DNA of 63,890 bases, counting the filler, from Vicugna vicugna (taxonomy: Eukaryota): the NCBI GenBank assembly GCA_013265495.1. It is 76 parts of 75 records of this genome, joined end to end, with 100 filler letters (N's around TTAATTAATTAA, not from the genome) between each part and the next. Parts side by side here need not be neighbours in the genome. Positions count along the whole stretch, not along the records: positions 61,876 to 62,836 come from MU060352.1; positions 62,937 to 63,890 come from MU060353.1; 74 more parts are not named here. One strand, written 5' to 3'. The notes beneath the pieces are model-generated. The model had not been told where the DNA came from. It was given only the letters and a program-made list of their open reading frames with translations, and did not search any database. Numbering within the stretch: position 1 is the stretch's first letter; every line of letters begins with the position of its first letter. This document shows positions 62,227 to 63,890 of the stretch, piece by piece. A program made the translations under genes and the position numbers.

Positions 62227-63749
62227 TAGTTTCTGCAAGGAAATATCCAAAGAGATGAGGAATCATTCCTCTCAATATATTTATTCAAAAAGAAGAAACA
62301 GACTTCCTTCAACATGCTGAGCTGTCTACTAAGTTGTCTCTCTCCAAGTGAGGACTTTCCCATGCCCCAGGCACACACAATTGTTCACTCGCTCACTACG
62401 TTTTCCTTAACAGCATTACTTCATTCTCAGGTACAGGGGAATCCTTTCACAATAGGAACATATGTCATCACATTTTACTTTAAATATATTATACTTTTAT
62501 TTGTCAATTGTACCTCTATTAAGCTAGAGAAATAACATTTTATAAAATTAAAAAAAAATGAGAAGTCCAGGAACAGACCTAAAGTGATATAGGAAGTTAG
62601 TATATGATATAAGTGGTATCTTAAAGGAATGGGGAAATATATTATTCAATAAATGCTATTGGGGCAGTAACATATCTATCTGGGAAAAACAAATTGTAGA
62701 CATATCTCATATATTTTGAAAAAAATCAATTCTAAATAGATCAAAGATTTAAATGTAAATATTAAGCCAGAAATTTATTGGGGGAAAATTGGAGACTTTT
62801 AATAATTAAAAGTACAAGGATGACTCAAAATATAGANNNNNNNNNNNNNNNNNNNNNNNNNNNNNNNNNNNNNNNNNNNNTTAATTAATTAANNNNNNNN
62901 NNNNNNNNNNNNNNNNNNNNNNNNNNNNNNNNNNNNTTTTAACAATTAATAGTTGAATCTTGACATATCTTAGGTAAAGTGCTAAAAACCAAGTGTCTTT
63001 GAAAATTGACACACCTGACAGAAAACTGATCAAAATCCTAGGAAGACTAGACATTTCTGCTTCTGTCCGTGGTAGAATAAGAAGAACAGTATATACCTCT
63101 TTTCTCTCTTAACCGTTAAAAAAAACAGAGGAAAAGATATGAAACAATTTTCAGATACTGAACATACGGGCTGTGATCTCTGAGAGAGGAAAGCAGTGAG
63201 TGCCCTGGAGGGAGGGAGGGAGGCCAGTGATCTTTTGAGTTGAAGAGGTAGCTCTGCAAGTTAGGGAGACCCAGTTGGCACATGCAAAACAGAGCGTCAG
63301 AGAGGAGGGTGCCACAGAGTTAGAGCTCCAGAGATGTGCAGGGGTTCCCCCCNNNNNNNNNNNNNNNNNNNNNNNNNNNNNNNNNNNNNNNNNNNNNNNN
63401 NNNNNNNNNNNNNNNNNNNNNNNNNNNNNNNNNNNNNNNNNNNNNNNNNNNNNNNNNNNNNNNNNNNNNNNNNNNNNNNNNNNNNNNNNNNNNNNNNNNN
63501 NNNNNNNNNNNNNNNNNNNNNNNNNNNNNNNNNNNNNNNNNNNNNGGCTTAATGAAGCGCAAAATCCTGTCTTGAAAGATAAAACTGTTGCCGAGTATCT
63601 TAACCGGACCCACAAATGTTCTGTCACAAAGTCTAATAATGATACTCAACTCATAGTATGGCTGTGATTATGAAATGAATTAAAGAGTATTTGTAAAGCA
63701 CTCAGAATAGTGCCTGGTACTGGAAGGAAAAATAAAAATTAAAATGTAG

Positions 63750-63890
63750 ACCACTTCACATCCACTAAGATGGCTACTATATAAAAAAAAACCACAGAAA
63801 ATAAATGTTGGTGAAGACTTGGAGAAACTGGGAACTTTGCATACTGTTGGGGAAATGTAAAGTGGTGCAGCTGCTATGAAAAACATATGA
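63750..63890 (+). mobile_element. LINE-1 ORF2 3' fragment
   Basis: ACCACTTCACATCCACTAAGATGGCT...TGTTGGTGAAGACTTGGAGAAACTGGGAAC...GGTGCAGCTGCTATGAAAAACA. Confidence 0.85.

Noticed and set aside
741..62892. Recurring TTAATTAATTAA as a CRISPR-like repeat or biological motif
   Set aside because: Always centred in fixed-length N runs. It is a six-frame-stop assembly linker in mammalian DNA, and no cas genes are present.

Overview
This is not a contiguous locus. It is an artificial concatenation of about 76 short unplaced mammalian scaffolds (roughly 0.3-1.4 kb), joined by a fixed 100-nt spacer (N44-TTAATTAATTAA-N44, about 75 copies), so adjacency across spacers means nothing. The L1 3' end, the tRNA-derived SINE head and the satellites suggest a camelid-like artiodactyl (inference from memory), and HSFY fragments suggest a male. 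Tandem satellites dominate: a GC/CpG-rich 267-bp family and a diverged ~265-bp sister family, two related ~248-bp families (one organised as a ~745-bp trimer), a degenerate heptamer satellite with a 126-bp higher-order unit, and a 40-bp minisatellite. Interspersed repeats include L1, L2, MLT1, MER58B and a betaretrovirus-like 3' LTR. Recognisable genes are two disabled HSFY fragments (exon 1 and exon 2), the 5' third of an OR3A-family olfactory receptor and a phase-compatible pair of unidentified coding exons. I found no multi-gene novel system. The best second-look items are a telomere-like insertion in a satellite monomer, a satellite inversion junction, homology between satellite families, the decayed HSFY copies and an unexplained CpG-undepleted, possibly once-coding contig.
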